Positions 16,847 to 26,091 of a stretch of DNA of 64,000 nucleotides are shown here, piece by piece (position 1 is the first letter of the stretch; every line of letters begins with the position of its first letter). The DNA comes from Patescibacteria group bacterium (GTDB lineage Bacteria > Patescibacteriota > Minisyncoccia > UBA6257 > 1-14-0-10-40-38). Under the pieces are notes generated by a model. The model saw only the letters and a program-made list of their open reading frames with translations. It did not search any database and had not been told where the DNA came from. The stretch spans positions 79,154-143,153 of the forward strand of contig JBBTRX010000006.1 in NCBI GenBank assembly GCA_038064975.1, given 5' to 3'. The position numbers were made by a program, and so were the translations under genes.

Positions 16847-18301
16847 ATGCCAAGCAACGACGTTATTTTACGATTTGATACCGTATCGTTTGATTACGGG
16901 CCAAACGCCCCCATTTTAGACGGGGTAAGTTTTTCTGTGCGTACCGGAGCTAAAGTTACTATCATGGGTCAGAACGGTGCGGGTAAGAGTACGATCTTTA
17001 AACTCATAACAAGCACGCTTACGCCGGAAGGAGGCAATATCCATATCGGGCAAAAGCTCACGATCGCGACCGCAAAGCAGGTAATTCCACGGGATGACAT
17101 GGAACTGACCGTGCGAGAATTTTTTGAAAAATGCTTCAGTAAAAAAGTATATGACATTGATCCGCGCATTGATGATGTACTTGAGGTAGTAAATCTCCAT
17201 GCACCCCATGAAAAACAAATTAAAACATTTTCCGGAGGCCAGCAGGCACGCCTTTTGCTCGCTTCGGCGCTTATTCAAAGTCCGGATATTCTCCTTCTAG
17301 ACGAGCCAACAAATAATTTGGATAAAGCGGGGATTGAACATCTTACTAAGTTTCTTATTGATTATAAAAAGACGGTTATCGTAATTTCCCACGATGCGGA
17401 ATTTTTGAATGCGTTTACGCAAGGAGTGTTATATCTTGATGTATTTACGAGAAAAGTTGAACAATATGCCGGTAATTATTTTGATTTGGTGAAAGAAATT
17501 TCCGCACGTATTGAAAAAGAAAATCGCAAAAATGCTCGGCTCGCGAAAGAGATTCAAGAAAATAAAGATAAAGCGAACTTTTTTGCTCACAAAGGAGGCC
17601 AGATGCGTTTAGTCGCAAAGAAAATGCGTGAGAAAGCGGAAGAATTGGAGGCATCTAAAGTAGATGTCCGCAAAGAGGATAAAACCATCCGCCCGTTTTT
17701 CATCCAATCCCAGCCGGAACTTATTGGAGAAGTCGTAGGTATTACTGCGTTTACGATTATGAAAAATCATAAACAGGTAAAGAAAGAAGCGAAAATTTCT
17801 CTACGCAAGAAGCAACGCCTTCTTCTTAGGGGTCCGAACGGTATTGGCAAAAGCTCTCTTTTGGAATCCATGGTAAAAGGCACTGCAAAAGGAGTGACGA
17901 TAGCTCCCAGAGTCCACATCGGCTATTACCGCCAAGATTTTTCTACGTTAAATTACGACCACACGGTTCGCGAATCACTCTTGGAAGACGTAAGTCCAGA
18001 CCAAACGGAACAAAGCTTCCGGTCCGTGGCTTCAGGATTCCTTTTGGACGACGATATTTTAAAAGCAAAAATTGGCACACTCTCCGAAGGACAGAAGGGA
18101 CTTGTTTCGTTCGCTCGGTTAGTACTGCAAAAACCAGGGCTTCTTATTCTTGATGAACCGACAAATCATATTAACTTTCGCCATATTCCGGTTATCGCAG
18201 CAGCGCTCAATAAATACGATGGTACGATGATTCTTGTAAGCCACGTTCCTGAATTTATCGCGCAGATTCATATTGATGAGATTTTAGATTTGGATAAATA
18301 G
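16847..18301 (+). CDS. ABC-F family ATPase (tandem ABC domains, EttA/Uup-like translation factor)
   Basis: Two nucleotide-binding domains: GQNGAGKST / FSGGQQARL and GPNGIGKSS / LSEGQKGLV. No TM domain. Charged inter-domain linker. Confidence 0.85.
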   Translation: MPSNDVILRFDTVSFDYGPNAPILDGVSFSVRTGAKVTIMGQNGAGKSTIFKLITSTLTPEGGNIHIGQKLTIATAKQVIPRDDMELTVREFFEKCFSKKVYDIDPRIDDVLEVVNLHAPHEKQIKTFSGGQQARLLLASALIQSPDILLLDEPTNNLDKAGIEHLTKFLIDYKKTVIVISHDAEFLNAFTQGVLYLDVFTRKVEQYAGNYFDLVKEISARIEKENRKNARLAKEIQENKDKANFFAHKGGQMRLVAKKMREKAEELEASKVDVRKEDKTIRPFFIQSQPELIGEVVGITAFTIMKNHKQVKKEAKISLRKKQRLLLRGPNGIGKSSLLESMVKGTAKGVTIAPRVHIGYYRQDFSTLNYDHTVRESLLEDVSPDQTEQSFRSVASGFLLDDDILKAKIGTLSEGQKGLVSFARLVLQKPGLLILDEPTNHINFRHIPVIAAALNKYDGTMILVSHVPEFIAQIHIDEILDLDK

Positions 18302-18520
18302 GCTCGGTCAAATATTCTCCGTCATCCGCTTCTTTCGTCCTGCGACTCACTCGCTTGTCCTCATCGGTTCAGTCGCTTTTAGCGACACCATGCTAAACCG
18401 ATTGCGTGGAATCCGGAGAAATATCCGACCTCGCTTGATGGAAGAAAAGGCAAGGATATAGAGTCTAGTTGCAGGGTATAGCCACTAGGGGCTAGGGTTT
18501 AAAAGAAAATAAAAAAATAT

Positions 18521-18790
18521 ATGGAAAAGAAAATATGGTTTAAGCGTAAACAATATGGATGGGGCTGGTACCCGGTAACGTGGCAAGGCTGGACGGTTAT
18601 CGCTGCGTATGTTTCGCTTATCTTCTTCTTTGCAGGAACAATTGATCGTAATTCTCCGGTTCGAGAAGTGGCTTTTACCTTTCTTATTCCTGTTGCTGCG
18701 CTTACCGTAATGCTTATACGCGTATGCTATCGCACAGGAGAGAAACCGAAATGGCAATGGGGAAGCTCTAAAGAAGAAAAAGAGAAGTAG
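18521..18790 (+). CDS. small Trp-rich membrane protein (hypothetical)
   Basis: 89 aa with two TM helices. Confidence 0.4.
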   Translation: MEKKIWFKRKQYGWGWYPVTWQGWTVIAAYVSLIFFFAGTIDRNSPVREVAFTFLIPVAALTVMLIRVCYRTGEKPKWQWGSSKEEKEK

Positions 18791-18853
18791 AGAATTGACT
18801 TCCACTCGTTTTTTAATGTATTATCCTGAAACCTCCCGCGCGGAGATTTTTAT

Positions 18854-20635
18854 ATGGAAATTAGAAATATCGCAATTATCGCCCACGTTGACCACGGAAA
18901 GACTACTCTTACCGATGCTTTACTTCGACAGACAGGTGCGGAGAGTGAAGGCGTTTCTATGGATTCAAACACGCTTGAACAAGAGCGCGGTATTACGATT
19001 TATTCAAAAAATGCAGCAGTCTATTATAAGGATACGAAAATTAACATCGTAGATACTCCGGGCCACGCGGATTTCGGTTCCGAAGTTGAACGCGTACTCC
19101 GCTCCATTGATTCCGTGCTTTTGGTTGTAGATGCACAGGAAGGTCCAATGCCGCAGACACGCTTTGTGCTGAAGAAGTCCTTGGAACTTGGAATAAAACC
19201 GATTGTTGTTATTAATAAAATTGATAAGCCAGCGGCAGATCCGCATCGCGCGGAGACGCAAGTGCTGGAACTTTTCTTGGAACTTGGTGCAAGCGATGAA
19301 CAAGCCGACTTTCCGATCGTATACGCTGTAGGACGCATGGGTATGGCAAAGAAAAAGCTCACTGATGAATCTAGCGATCTTACGCCACTTTTGGATACGA
19401 TTTTAGAGCACGTAGATCCGGCATCCGACAACGCACCGGAACTTCCGCTAAAGTTTCAGCCATTCAATTTAGGATACGACAACTTTCTTGGGCGTCTTGC
19501 AGTAGGCCGTGTGTACGAAGGTACTATCGCGGCAGGACAGGATATTTTTATTAAAAAACCGCACGGCGAAACACGCAAAGGGAAAATAGCGAAGATTTTT
19601 GGATTCAAAGGGCTGCATAAAATAGAAACTGAAAAGGCTTTTGCCGGAGACATCGTTATGGTTGCAGGGCTTCCTGATATTGATATTGGAGAAACAGTAA
19701 CCACAAATCCGGATATTCATCCATTGCCAGCGATTGCAATTGACGCGCCGACTATCGTACTTAGTTTTCTTATTAATAATTCTCCGTTTGCCGGAAAGGA
19801 AGGAAAGTTTGTAACATCTCGCCAACTGCGTGACCGTTTGGAGCGCGAACTGGAAGTGAACGTCGGGCTTCGCGTTGAATTTAATGCTAACGATATGTTT
19901 GCAGTCTACGGCAGAGGAGAGCTCCATATTTCAATCCTTTTGGAGAATATGCGCCGCGAAGGATTTGAACTCCAGGTTTCCCAGCCACAAGTTATTATCA
20001 AAGAAGAACACGGCGTAAAAGTAGAGCCGTTTGAAGAAGTTATTATTGATACGCCAGGCGAATACCAAGGCGCTATTATTGAGAGGCTGAGTATGCGCGG
20101 ATTTGTGATGCAAAACTTGGAACCAATCGGCGAAGGTGTGCGTCTTACATTTGAAGGACCAACTCGCGGACTCTTGGGTTATCGCAGCCAGTTCGTTATT
20201 GATACGCGTGGAGAGGGAATACTTTCGTCCCGGGTTATCGGTTTCCGTAAACATGTAGGGGATATCCGCAAACGCGTTGTAGGATCAATGACATCTATGG
20301 TTGGCGGAAAAGTTTTGGGCTATGCCTTATGGAATTTACAAGAACGCGGCATGTTGTACGTTGCACCAGGTACTAACGTATATGAAGGTATGGTTATTGG
20401 TAATACATCCAAGGGCGAAGAAATGGCGGCAAATCCGACGAAAGGAAAACAGCTTTCTAACATGCGCGCATCCGGTTCGGACGATGCTATTGAACTCGTT
20501 CCTCCGTATGAACTCTCTGTTGAACGCGGACTTGAAGTGATGGCAGAGGATGAATATTTAGAAATTACTCCAAAGAGTATTCGATTACGCAAAAAATATC
20601 TGACGGAAAGCGAACGCTCCAAACACAAAAAATAA
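18854..20635 (+). CDS. typA: translational GTPase TypA/BipA
   Basis: [31 protein letters not shown]; about 593 aa with an EF-G-like domain order. Confidence 0.92.
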   Translation: MEIRNIAIIAHVDHGKTTLTDALLRQTGAESEGVSMDSNTLEQERGITIYSKNAAVYYKDTKINIVDTPGHADFGSEVERVLRSIDSVLLVVDAQEGPMPQTRFVLKKSLELGIKPIVVINKIDKPAADPHRAETQVLELFLELGASDEQADFPIVYAVGRMGMAKKKLTDESSDLTPLLDTILEHVDPASDNAPELPLKFQPFNLGYDNFLGRLAVGRVYEGTIAAGQDIFIKKPHGETRKGKIAKIFGFKGLHKIETEKAFAGDIVMVAGLPDIDIGETVTTNPDIHPLPAIAIDAPTIVLSFLINNSPFAGKEGKFVTSRQLRDRLERELEVNVGLRVEFNANDMFAVYGRGELHISILLENMRREGFELQVSQPQVIIKEEHGVKVEPFEEVIIDTPGEYQGAIIERLSMRGFVMQNLEPIGEGVRLTFEGPTRGLLGYRSQFVIDTRGEGILSSRVIGFRKHVGDIRKRVVGSMTSMVGGKVLGYALWNLQERGMLYVAPGTNVYEGMVIGNTSKGEEMAANPTKGKQLSNMRASGSDDAIELVPPYELSVERGLEVMAEDEYLEITPKSIRLRKKYLTESERSKHKK

Positions 20636-20678
20636 AAAGTAGCTCGCATTCTTTTCAAAAAGCTATCAGAGTTACTCG

Positions 20679-20723
20679 TATGCTCTTCACAAAGCTATCA
20701 GAATGACCTTTGTGAAGAGCATA
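20679..20723. repeat. perfect 16-bp inverted repeat with 13-nt loop (hairpin), flanked by AAAGCTATCAGA direct repeats
   Basis: tatgctcttcacaaag ... ctttgtgaagagcata. It lies between the convergent typA and a small membrane protein gene and is a possible bidirectional terminator without a clean U-tract. Confidence 0.5.
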
Positions 20724-20823
20724 TTCGCTTAGATTATGAAAAGATTTGAAAAAATACTCGCTTAGAATGACATAAGGTACGCGAGTAGTTCTCAAAAAGA
20801 ACCCTCGCTGAGAGTGGTTTAAA

Positions 20824-21072
20824 CTAGAGTTTCTGAATCTCTTTCAAGTCTTTATCAGGGAGATACAGTAGGGCAAAACCCAAAATAATGCCACCCAAGG
20901 AACTAAAATAATGGTTACCGCCGAAAAACATGCGGTCAAAACCATCTAGCATGAGCCAAATGTCTCGCCAGATCAGGACGAGGGCGATAACGATGACTAG
21001 ATTGTCGGCAAAATATTTGAACACATTTCGTTTCTTTTTCATACGCAATAAATCAATTATACTGGAGAGCAT
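20824..21072 (-). CDS. small membrane protein (hypothetical)
   Basis: 82 aa with two TM helices. Confidence 0.35.
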   Translation of the reverse strand: MLSSIIDLLRMKKKRNVFKYFADNLVIVIALVLIWRDIWLMLDGFDRMFFGGNHYFSSLGGIILGFALLYLPDKDLKEIQKL

Positions 21073-21088
21073 CCAATATTAAAAGATT

Positions 21089-21430
21089 ATGCATTCCTCC
21101 CGGGGGTTCCATGACTATATTGTGCATGATTTATGCCAGCATATCGCCGGCATAACGTCTCGTAAAATGTTTGGCGGGTATGGTATTTATAAAAAGGGGA
21201 TTATCTTCGCGATCATTGTAGATGGAAAACTCTTTTTTAAAGTCGGGGATACAAATAAGAATGATTATGAAAGCCGCGGACTCAAACCATTTACCTATGA
21301 AGGGCGCGGTGGCAAGCGATATGCGATGTCATACTTCGAAGTTCCTGAAGATGTTTTGGAACAGCAGGAGCTTTTTAGTGAATGGGTAGAAAAAGCTGTT
21401 CGAGTAAACCGTGAGAATAAAAAGACATGA
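21089..21430 (+). CDS. TfoX/Sxy N-terminal domain protein
   Basis: RKMFGGYGIYKKGIIFAIIVDGKLFFKVGD...YFEVPEDVLEQQELFSEWVEKAV matches the TfoX_N pattern. Confidence 0.6.
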   Translation: MHSSRGFHDYIVHDLCQHIAGITSRKMFGGYGIYKKGIIFAIIVDGKLFFKVGDTNKNDYESRGLKPFTYEGRGGKRYAMSYFEVPEDVLEQQELFSEWVEKAVRVNRENKKT

Positions 21431-22134
21431 GAAATCTTGCATCGCTTCGAAAAGAGCTTTACGGGCACGCAAATAAGGGGAAGGCAAAGATCCTATCCGG
21501 CTTTTTTAAGACCGGAAAAGGAGAATATGGCGAGGGGGATATTTTTATTGGTGTAACCGTGCCGCAATCCCGCGCCATCGCAAAGAAATTCCATCATCTT
21601 GAAATCCGCGACATCGGGAAACTATTGCGATCTAAAATCCACGAAGAGCGCCTCGTCGCCATACTTTTACTAGTTCATAGATTTATGGACGGCGGGAACA
21701 AGGCTCGAAAGGAAACATATGATTTTTATCTCAAGAATACAAAATATATTAACAACTGGGATCTTGTAGACCTTTCTGCAGACAAAATCGTCGGAGCATA
21801 TCTTTTAGATAGGAATACGGATATTCTCCACAAGCTTACGCGTTCAAAAAATATCTGGGAGCGGAGAATAGCCGTAATCGCAACATTCCAATTTATTAAA
21901 AATTATCATTATAACGAAACAATACGGGTTTGTAGTAATCTTTTAGAAGACGACCATGATCTTATCCATAAAGCGGCTGGCTGGATGCTTCGCGAAGTAG
22001 GCAAGCGATCACTAGCAACAGAAGAACTCTTTCTTAAAAAGAAGTATAAAAAAATGCCCCGCACTATGCTCCGCTACGCGATTGAACGATTTCCGGAGAA
22101 AAAGAGAAAGGAATATTTAGAAGGAAAACTATAA
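21427..22134 (+). CDS. DNA alkylation repair enzyme (AlkD-like HEAT-repeat family, pfam08713-like)
   Basis: HEAT-like repeats, a GWMLREVGKR motif and a typical length of about 230 aa. ATGA overlap with the tfoX-like gene. Confidence 0.65.
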   Translation: MRNLASLRKELYGHANKGKAKILSGFFKTGKGEYGEGDIFIGVTVPQSRAIAKKFHHLEIRDIGKLLRSKIHEERLVAILLLVHRFMDGGNKARKETYDFYLKNTKYINNWDLVDLSADKIVGAYLLDRNTDILHKLTRSKNIWERRIAVIATFQFIKNYHYNETIRVCSNLLEDDHDLIHKAAGWMLREVGKRSLATEELFLKKKYKKMPRTMLRYAIERFPEKKRKEYLEGKL

Positions 22135-22189
22135 AAAAGAAGAGCCCCGAGCGCGTGTGCGCCCGAGGCTGTGACTGTTGTGCTTGTGA

Positions 22190-22642
22190 CTAGCAGAGAA
22201 CCGGCTCTCTCTTGTCGTTGACACCGATGACGGCCATGCAGGCCGGATCAGATTTTTCCGCCGCAAGCGTACACCGTGTTCCCGGAGGCAGTTCTTGGAA
22301 ATCCGTCGGCAAGAACTCGGTTTGCAAATCGCGGACACCATCGTTCCAAGCGGCGACTACATTCATTGCCCAAGTGTGAGGAACGAAGATGCCGTCTTGG
22401 AATTCCTTGGGAGTCGGTGTTCTATCTCTCACAGTTTGACTCTCAAGACTCGGAGTCCACAGGAGAATGCCTTTGAATCCATTGCCTTCCGAACCGGACG
22501 CGAGACGGAAGAAGCGATCGAACACTTCTTGTGAGCTGATACCGCAGGTCTCTGCAAGTTCAGAGAGAGAAACCCACGCACGTCCCTGCGGACCCCAATA
22601 GCTTGCCGGAGCGAACTTATTGCCTTGTTTCATGTTGTGCAC
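22190..22642 (-). CDS. hypothetical protein on a high-GC insert (probable recent horizontal acquisition)
   Basis: GC about 55-60% against about 45% in the flanks. It has the only strong SD in the window (GGAGGTG 6 nt before ATG) and its own TTGACT-17-TATACT promoter. Confidence 0.5.
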   Translation of the reverse strand: MHNMKQGNKFAPASYWGPQGRAWVSLSELAETCGISSQEVFDRFFRLASGSEGNGFKGILLWTPSLESQTVRDRTPTPKEFQDGIFVPHTWAMNVVAAWNDGVRDLQTEFLPTDFQELPPGTRCTLAAEKSDPACMAVIGVNDKREPVLC

Positions 22643-22692
22643 CTCCTCGATGCCTTTTCAGGAGCTTGAAGAAAGAATGAAGTACTGAAATA

Positions 22693-22721
22693 AGTATATC
22701 ATACTTCAAACTTAAAGTCAA
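22693..22721 (-). promoter_or_regulatory. sigma70-type promoter of the high-GC gene
   Basis: On the minus strand: TTGACT, 17 nt, then TATACT. Confidence 0.5.
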
Positions 22722-22796
22722 GCATATACTCGTTATCCACATATCAATTCGTGAAAAAATAGGGTATGATTGCATATAGAAATTAGATACAAAAAA

Positions 22797-22822
22797 ACGG
22801 TGCGTGAGGCGCCGTTTTTTTG
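22797..22822. terminator. bidirectional intrinsic terminator downstream of the VIT gene
   Basis: aaaaaaa-cggtgcgtgaggcgccg-ttttttt. Confidence 0.6.
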
Positions 22823-22828
22823 TTGTGT

Positions 22829-23323
22829 CTATGAAGCGAGCTGGCCAACTCCAATACCAACGAGAATTGCGATGCCTCCCACAACTGCCATACGAAGCGC
22901 ACTCCGCCACGGGTTAATATGTGATGCTTTTCCACCAACCGCTCCTAAAATGAAGAGTGTGACAATGGAAGCCGAAACTGAAATAAAGAAAGCGCGTTCT
23001 ATAGTGAAAAGAAAATATGGAAAAAGGGGAATAAATCCAAAGATAAAATACGAGAAAAACATGACGACTGCGTTTACCGAAGGATTTTTAGAAGACCGAC
23101 GCCGATGAGTAGTAAGTTCTTCGGCTGATGATTCGGAAAGGAAACTTCCTGCGCCCATAGAAAAGGCTTCTACAAAAATTAGCACGATCCCCGTAAGAAA
23201 TATTTCAGTGCGCGGAATACCTGCGATTGCGATTCCTGAGAGAAGTCCGACGGTTGAGACGAGACTATCCTCAACGCCAAATACAAAATTACGATAACGG
23301 GCTGCTCGGATATTCTCTGACAT
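22829..23323 (-). CDS. VIT1/CCC1-family (DUF125) metal (Fe/Mn) transporter
   Basis: VFGVEDSLVSTVGLLSGIAIAG... plus a C-terminal TM bundle. The start codon sits 22 nt after a leader terminator. Confidence 0.7.
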   Translation of the reverse strand: MSENIRAARYRNFVFGVEDSLVSTVGLLSGIAIAGIPRTEIFLTGIVLIFVEAFSMGAGSFLSESSAEELTTHRRRSSKNPSVNAVVMFFSYFIFGFIPLFPYFLFTIERAFFISVSASIVTLFILGAVGGKASHINPWRSALRMAVVGGIAILVGIGVGQLAS

Positions 23324-23344
23324 AGTTCAAGTATATCATTATAT

Positions 23345-23529
23345 AAAAAAACCGCCGGGAAGGACCAATGTCCTAACCGGCGGAGGGACCAGCGTATGCG
23401 GGACGCTGAAGGCTCAAAGCGAGAGCACGGACCATCGCTGAACCGAGAAACATACGGCGTGTGGAGAATCGGAAAGGGAAACGTACGCTCCTCTCCCTTT
23501 TGCGAAAACGAAAGAGCTGATCACAAGCA
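23345..23529 (-). ncRNA. cis-regulatory leader RNA of about 185 nt ending in an intrinsic terminator; resembles a yybP-ykoY Mn riboswitch
   Basis: The minus-strand transcript contains AAAGGGAGAGGAGCG (compare the L1 consensus AAAGGGGAGUAGCG), a CGUAUG...CAUACG stem, and ...GGUCCCUCC. It ends with ccgccgg...ccggcgg followed by UUUUUUU directly upstream of a metal transporter gene. Confidence 0.35.
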
Positions 23530-23536
23530 CTCTCGT

Positions 23537-23565
23537 ACTCTAGCGCAGAAACCGTAATTTGTCAA
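23537..23565 (-). promoter_or_regulatory. sigma70-type promoter driving the leader RNA and VIT gene
   Basis: On the minus strand: TTGACA, 17 nt, then TAGAGT. Confidence 0.55.
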
Positions 23566-23571
23566 CTCAAT

Positions 23572-24687
23572 TTATGAAGAAGATGGCTTCGTTAAATGCT
23601 CAATGAGCGCTATTTCTAAGGGAATAGTTTGAAAGGGAGAATATCTCATATCGCTATAGCTTTTAATAAGAGCTTGAATGAGTCTAATATGTTCAGGATT
23701 TCTTATGAGATCTGCATGGCGAGAAAGCTGTTCCAATTCTCGATCCGTTAATTCTTTTTTTAATAATTCTTTAATCTTGGGATCAAATTTAAGCGTAATT
23801 GCACGGCGTAAATAATTAATCAGTTCTTTTGTGAGATCAATGGGGTTATATCCACCTTCATTTATTTCTGTGACGTATGTGAGCGCATCATCTAATTTGC
23901 CATTTAAAATCATTCCAGCGAACTCAGCGACCTTCTCGAAACCAACTTTCCCGATAATCTGTTCAACTGTTTCCACAGTAACTTCGTCTTCTAGTGAAGT
24001 GAGTTGGTCTAAGAGGGCTTCTGCATCGCGCAAACTACCTTCAGCTCCCGCGGCGATGAGTTCCAAGGCTTCATCCTGAACCTGTAATTTTTCTGCGGTC
24101 ACCACCATCGTTAATTTAGCGACAATTTCCGCGAGCGTAAGTTTACGTAAATGAAATCGCTGAGTGCGTGAGGCGATCGTTGCGGGAACTTTTTCATATT
24201 CCGTTGTCGCGAGGATAAACATCGCGTGCGCCGGAGGTTCTTCTAGAGTTTTTAAAAGCGCGTTGAATGCTTCTTTCGTAAGCTGGTGCGTTTCATCAAT
24301 AATAAAAACTTTAAAAGGATACGAAGAAGGAGAAAGCTTAATCGTTTCACGGAGAGAACGTATTTCATCTATGCCGCGGTTTGAGGCGGCATCAATTTCT
24401 ACGACATCCATACCACGCCCTGCGTCAATTTCCGTGCACGGTTTGCAGGTATTACAGGGTTCGCCTTTGGCATGGAATTTTTTATCTGTTCTTCGCGTTT
24501 CGCAATTCGCGATTTTTGCGACAATACGGGCAATAGTTGTCTTTCCGGTTCCCCGGGGACCATAAAAAAGATAAGCATGAGCAAGCCGGTCCTCACGCGC
24601 CGCGTTGCGGATGATTTCAGAAATATGTGTTTGACCAACGATATCCCCAAGCGTTCTCGGACGGTATTTTCGATAGAGAGCATTCAT
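23572..24687 (-). CDS. dnaX: DNA polymerase III subunit gamma/tau (short form)
   Basis: MNALYRKYRPRTLGDIVGQ, GPRGTGKTT, and a zinc-module CETRRTDKK..CNTCKPC. The ORF can be extended to 24714, but the conserved start is here. Confidence 0.85.
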   Translation of the reverse strand: MNALYRKYRPRTLGDIVGQTHISEIIRNAAREDRLAHAYLFYGPRGTGKTTIARIVAKIANCETRRTDKKFHAKGEPCNTCKPCTEIDAGRGMDVVEIDAASNRGIDEIRSLRETIKLSPSSYPFKVFIIDETHQLTKEAFNALLKTLEEPPAHAMFILATTEYEKVPATIASRTQRFHLRKLTLAEIVAKLTMVVTAEKLQVQDEALELIAAGAEGSLRDAEALLDQLTSLEDEVTVETVEQIIGKVGFEKVAEFAGMILNGKLDDALTYVTEINEGGYNPIDLTKELINYLRRAITLKFDPKIKELLKKELTDRELEQLSRHADLIRNPEHIRLIQALIKSYSDMRYSPFQTIPLEIALIEHLTKPSSS

Positions 24688-24752
24688 AATAGAAAAATTG
24701 TAGCATAAATTCATTAATTACTGATTTTAGTACTATTGTTCTCACTTTTTCA

Positions 24753-26084
24753 TTGTTCATTATTTATTTCTTATTGTTCATTATTGAATTCTTGACTACA
24801 ATTGAGCATATGCGATTCAGAATTGGCCTTACAATATTTCTTCTTGCCGGACTTGTGAGTTCGTTTGTTCTTTTTTTATTTGCAACCGGCATTTTAACTC
24901 GAGTGAGTACATTTACCATAATCATTTCCGACTCTTCGGATATTAATCTCCCTCCCAAAACACTCGTAGTGAGTTCGCCAACTTCCAGCAAACTAGGTAC
25001 GGGCTTTACAGATATTCCTCCGCAGAGTCCGCTTGCAAATCCGCCAGAAATTATCAAAGCCATATATGCCACAAGCTGGTCCGCAGGAAGTAAAACAAAG
25101 ATGGACTATCTTATTGATCTCATAGCAAAGACGGAATTGAACGCAATAGTGATTGATGTAAAAGATTTTTCCGGTTTTATTACGTACGACACAACATTAC
25201 CTCAAGTATTAGAGTATGGTGCACGGGAAATACGCATCGGAAAAATAAACAGTCTTGTAAAACGACTGCATGATGAGGGGATTTATGTAATCGGCCGCGT
25301 TTCCGTTTTCCAAGATGAACGGCTTGCGACGGCACGCCCTGATCTTGCTGCAGTAAGCAGTACGACACAAACAATTTGGCATGACCGAAAAGGACTACCA
25401 TGGATCGATCCCAATTCTAAAGATGCATGGGATTATAATATTGCCATAGCAAAGGATGCGCTTGCACGAGGATTTGATGAAATTAATTTTGATTACATCC
25501 GCTTCGCCTCCGACGGAAATTTGAAAGACATCGTCTACCCGCATTGGGACGGGAAAACATTCCACGCAACCGTAATCCATAACTTTTGGAAATATGTCCG
25601 TGAGCAAATTCCCGACCGACCAATTTCCGCAGATCTCTTTGGACTCACAACCGTGAATTATGATGACCTCGGCATCGGACAAAAACTGGAGAACGCCATT
25701 CCTTATTTTGATGCGATTGCACCGATGGTGTACCCATCACATTACTATCCAGGATCTTTTGGACTCCAAAAACCAGCACTCTATCCTTATGAAGTAGTAA
25801 AAAAGTCCATGGATGTTGCCGTCACGCGTTTAATAGAGAAAAGCAGGCAAGTTACTGGGAATTTCAGTACCACAACTCCCGTTATACCCATCTCAACCTT
25901 CCGGCCATGGCTACAAGACTTTAATCTTGGTGCCGACTATACGGCAGAAATGGTGCGTGCCCAGATTCAAGCGACCTATGATGCAACGGCGGACTATCCG
26001 GGAACACTCTCCGGCTGGATGCTTTGGAACCCTTCCAATAACTATACGAAAGGTGCATTATTAGGGCCTGAAGCGGAGGAATAG
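24753..26084 (+). CDS. membrane-anchored putative glycoside hydrolase-like TIM-barrel protein (DUF4015/GHL family)
   Basis: AIYATSWSAGSK...LNAIVIDVKDFSG...GIYVIGRVSVFQD...GFDEINFDYIRF matches my recollection of the pfam13200-like pattern. Confidence 0.5.
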   Translation: MFIIYFLLFIIEFLTTIEHMRFRIGLTIFLLAGLVSSFVLFLFATGILTRVSTFTIIISDSSDINLPPKTLVVSSPTSSKLGTGFTDIPPQSPLANPPEIIKAIYATSWSAGSKTKMDYLIDLIAKTELNAIVIDVKDFSGFITYDTTLPQVLEYGAREIRIGKINSLVKRLHDEGIYVIGRVSVFQDERLATARPDLAAVSSTTQTIWHDRKGLPWIDPNSKDAWDYNIAIAKDALARGFDEINFDYIRFASDGNLKDIVYPHWDGKTFHATVIHNFWKYVREQIPDRPISADLFGLTTVNYDDLGIGQKLENAIPYFDAIAPMVYPSHYYPGSFGLQKPALYPYEVVKKSMDVAVTRLIEKSRQVTGNFSTTTPVIPISTFRPWLQDFNLGADYTAEMVRAQIQATYDATADYPGTLSGWMLWNPSNNYTKGALLGPEAEE

Positions 26085-26091
26085 GATTCGT

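Noticed and set aside
23345-23565. Possible SRP (4.5S/scRNA) gene next to dnaX, as in Bacillus
   Set aside because: The domain IV consensus (GGAAGCAGC with a GNRA-closed helix) is not present. The element lies downstream of dnaX and directly precedes a metal transporter, so it fits a cis-leader better.
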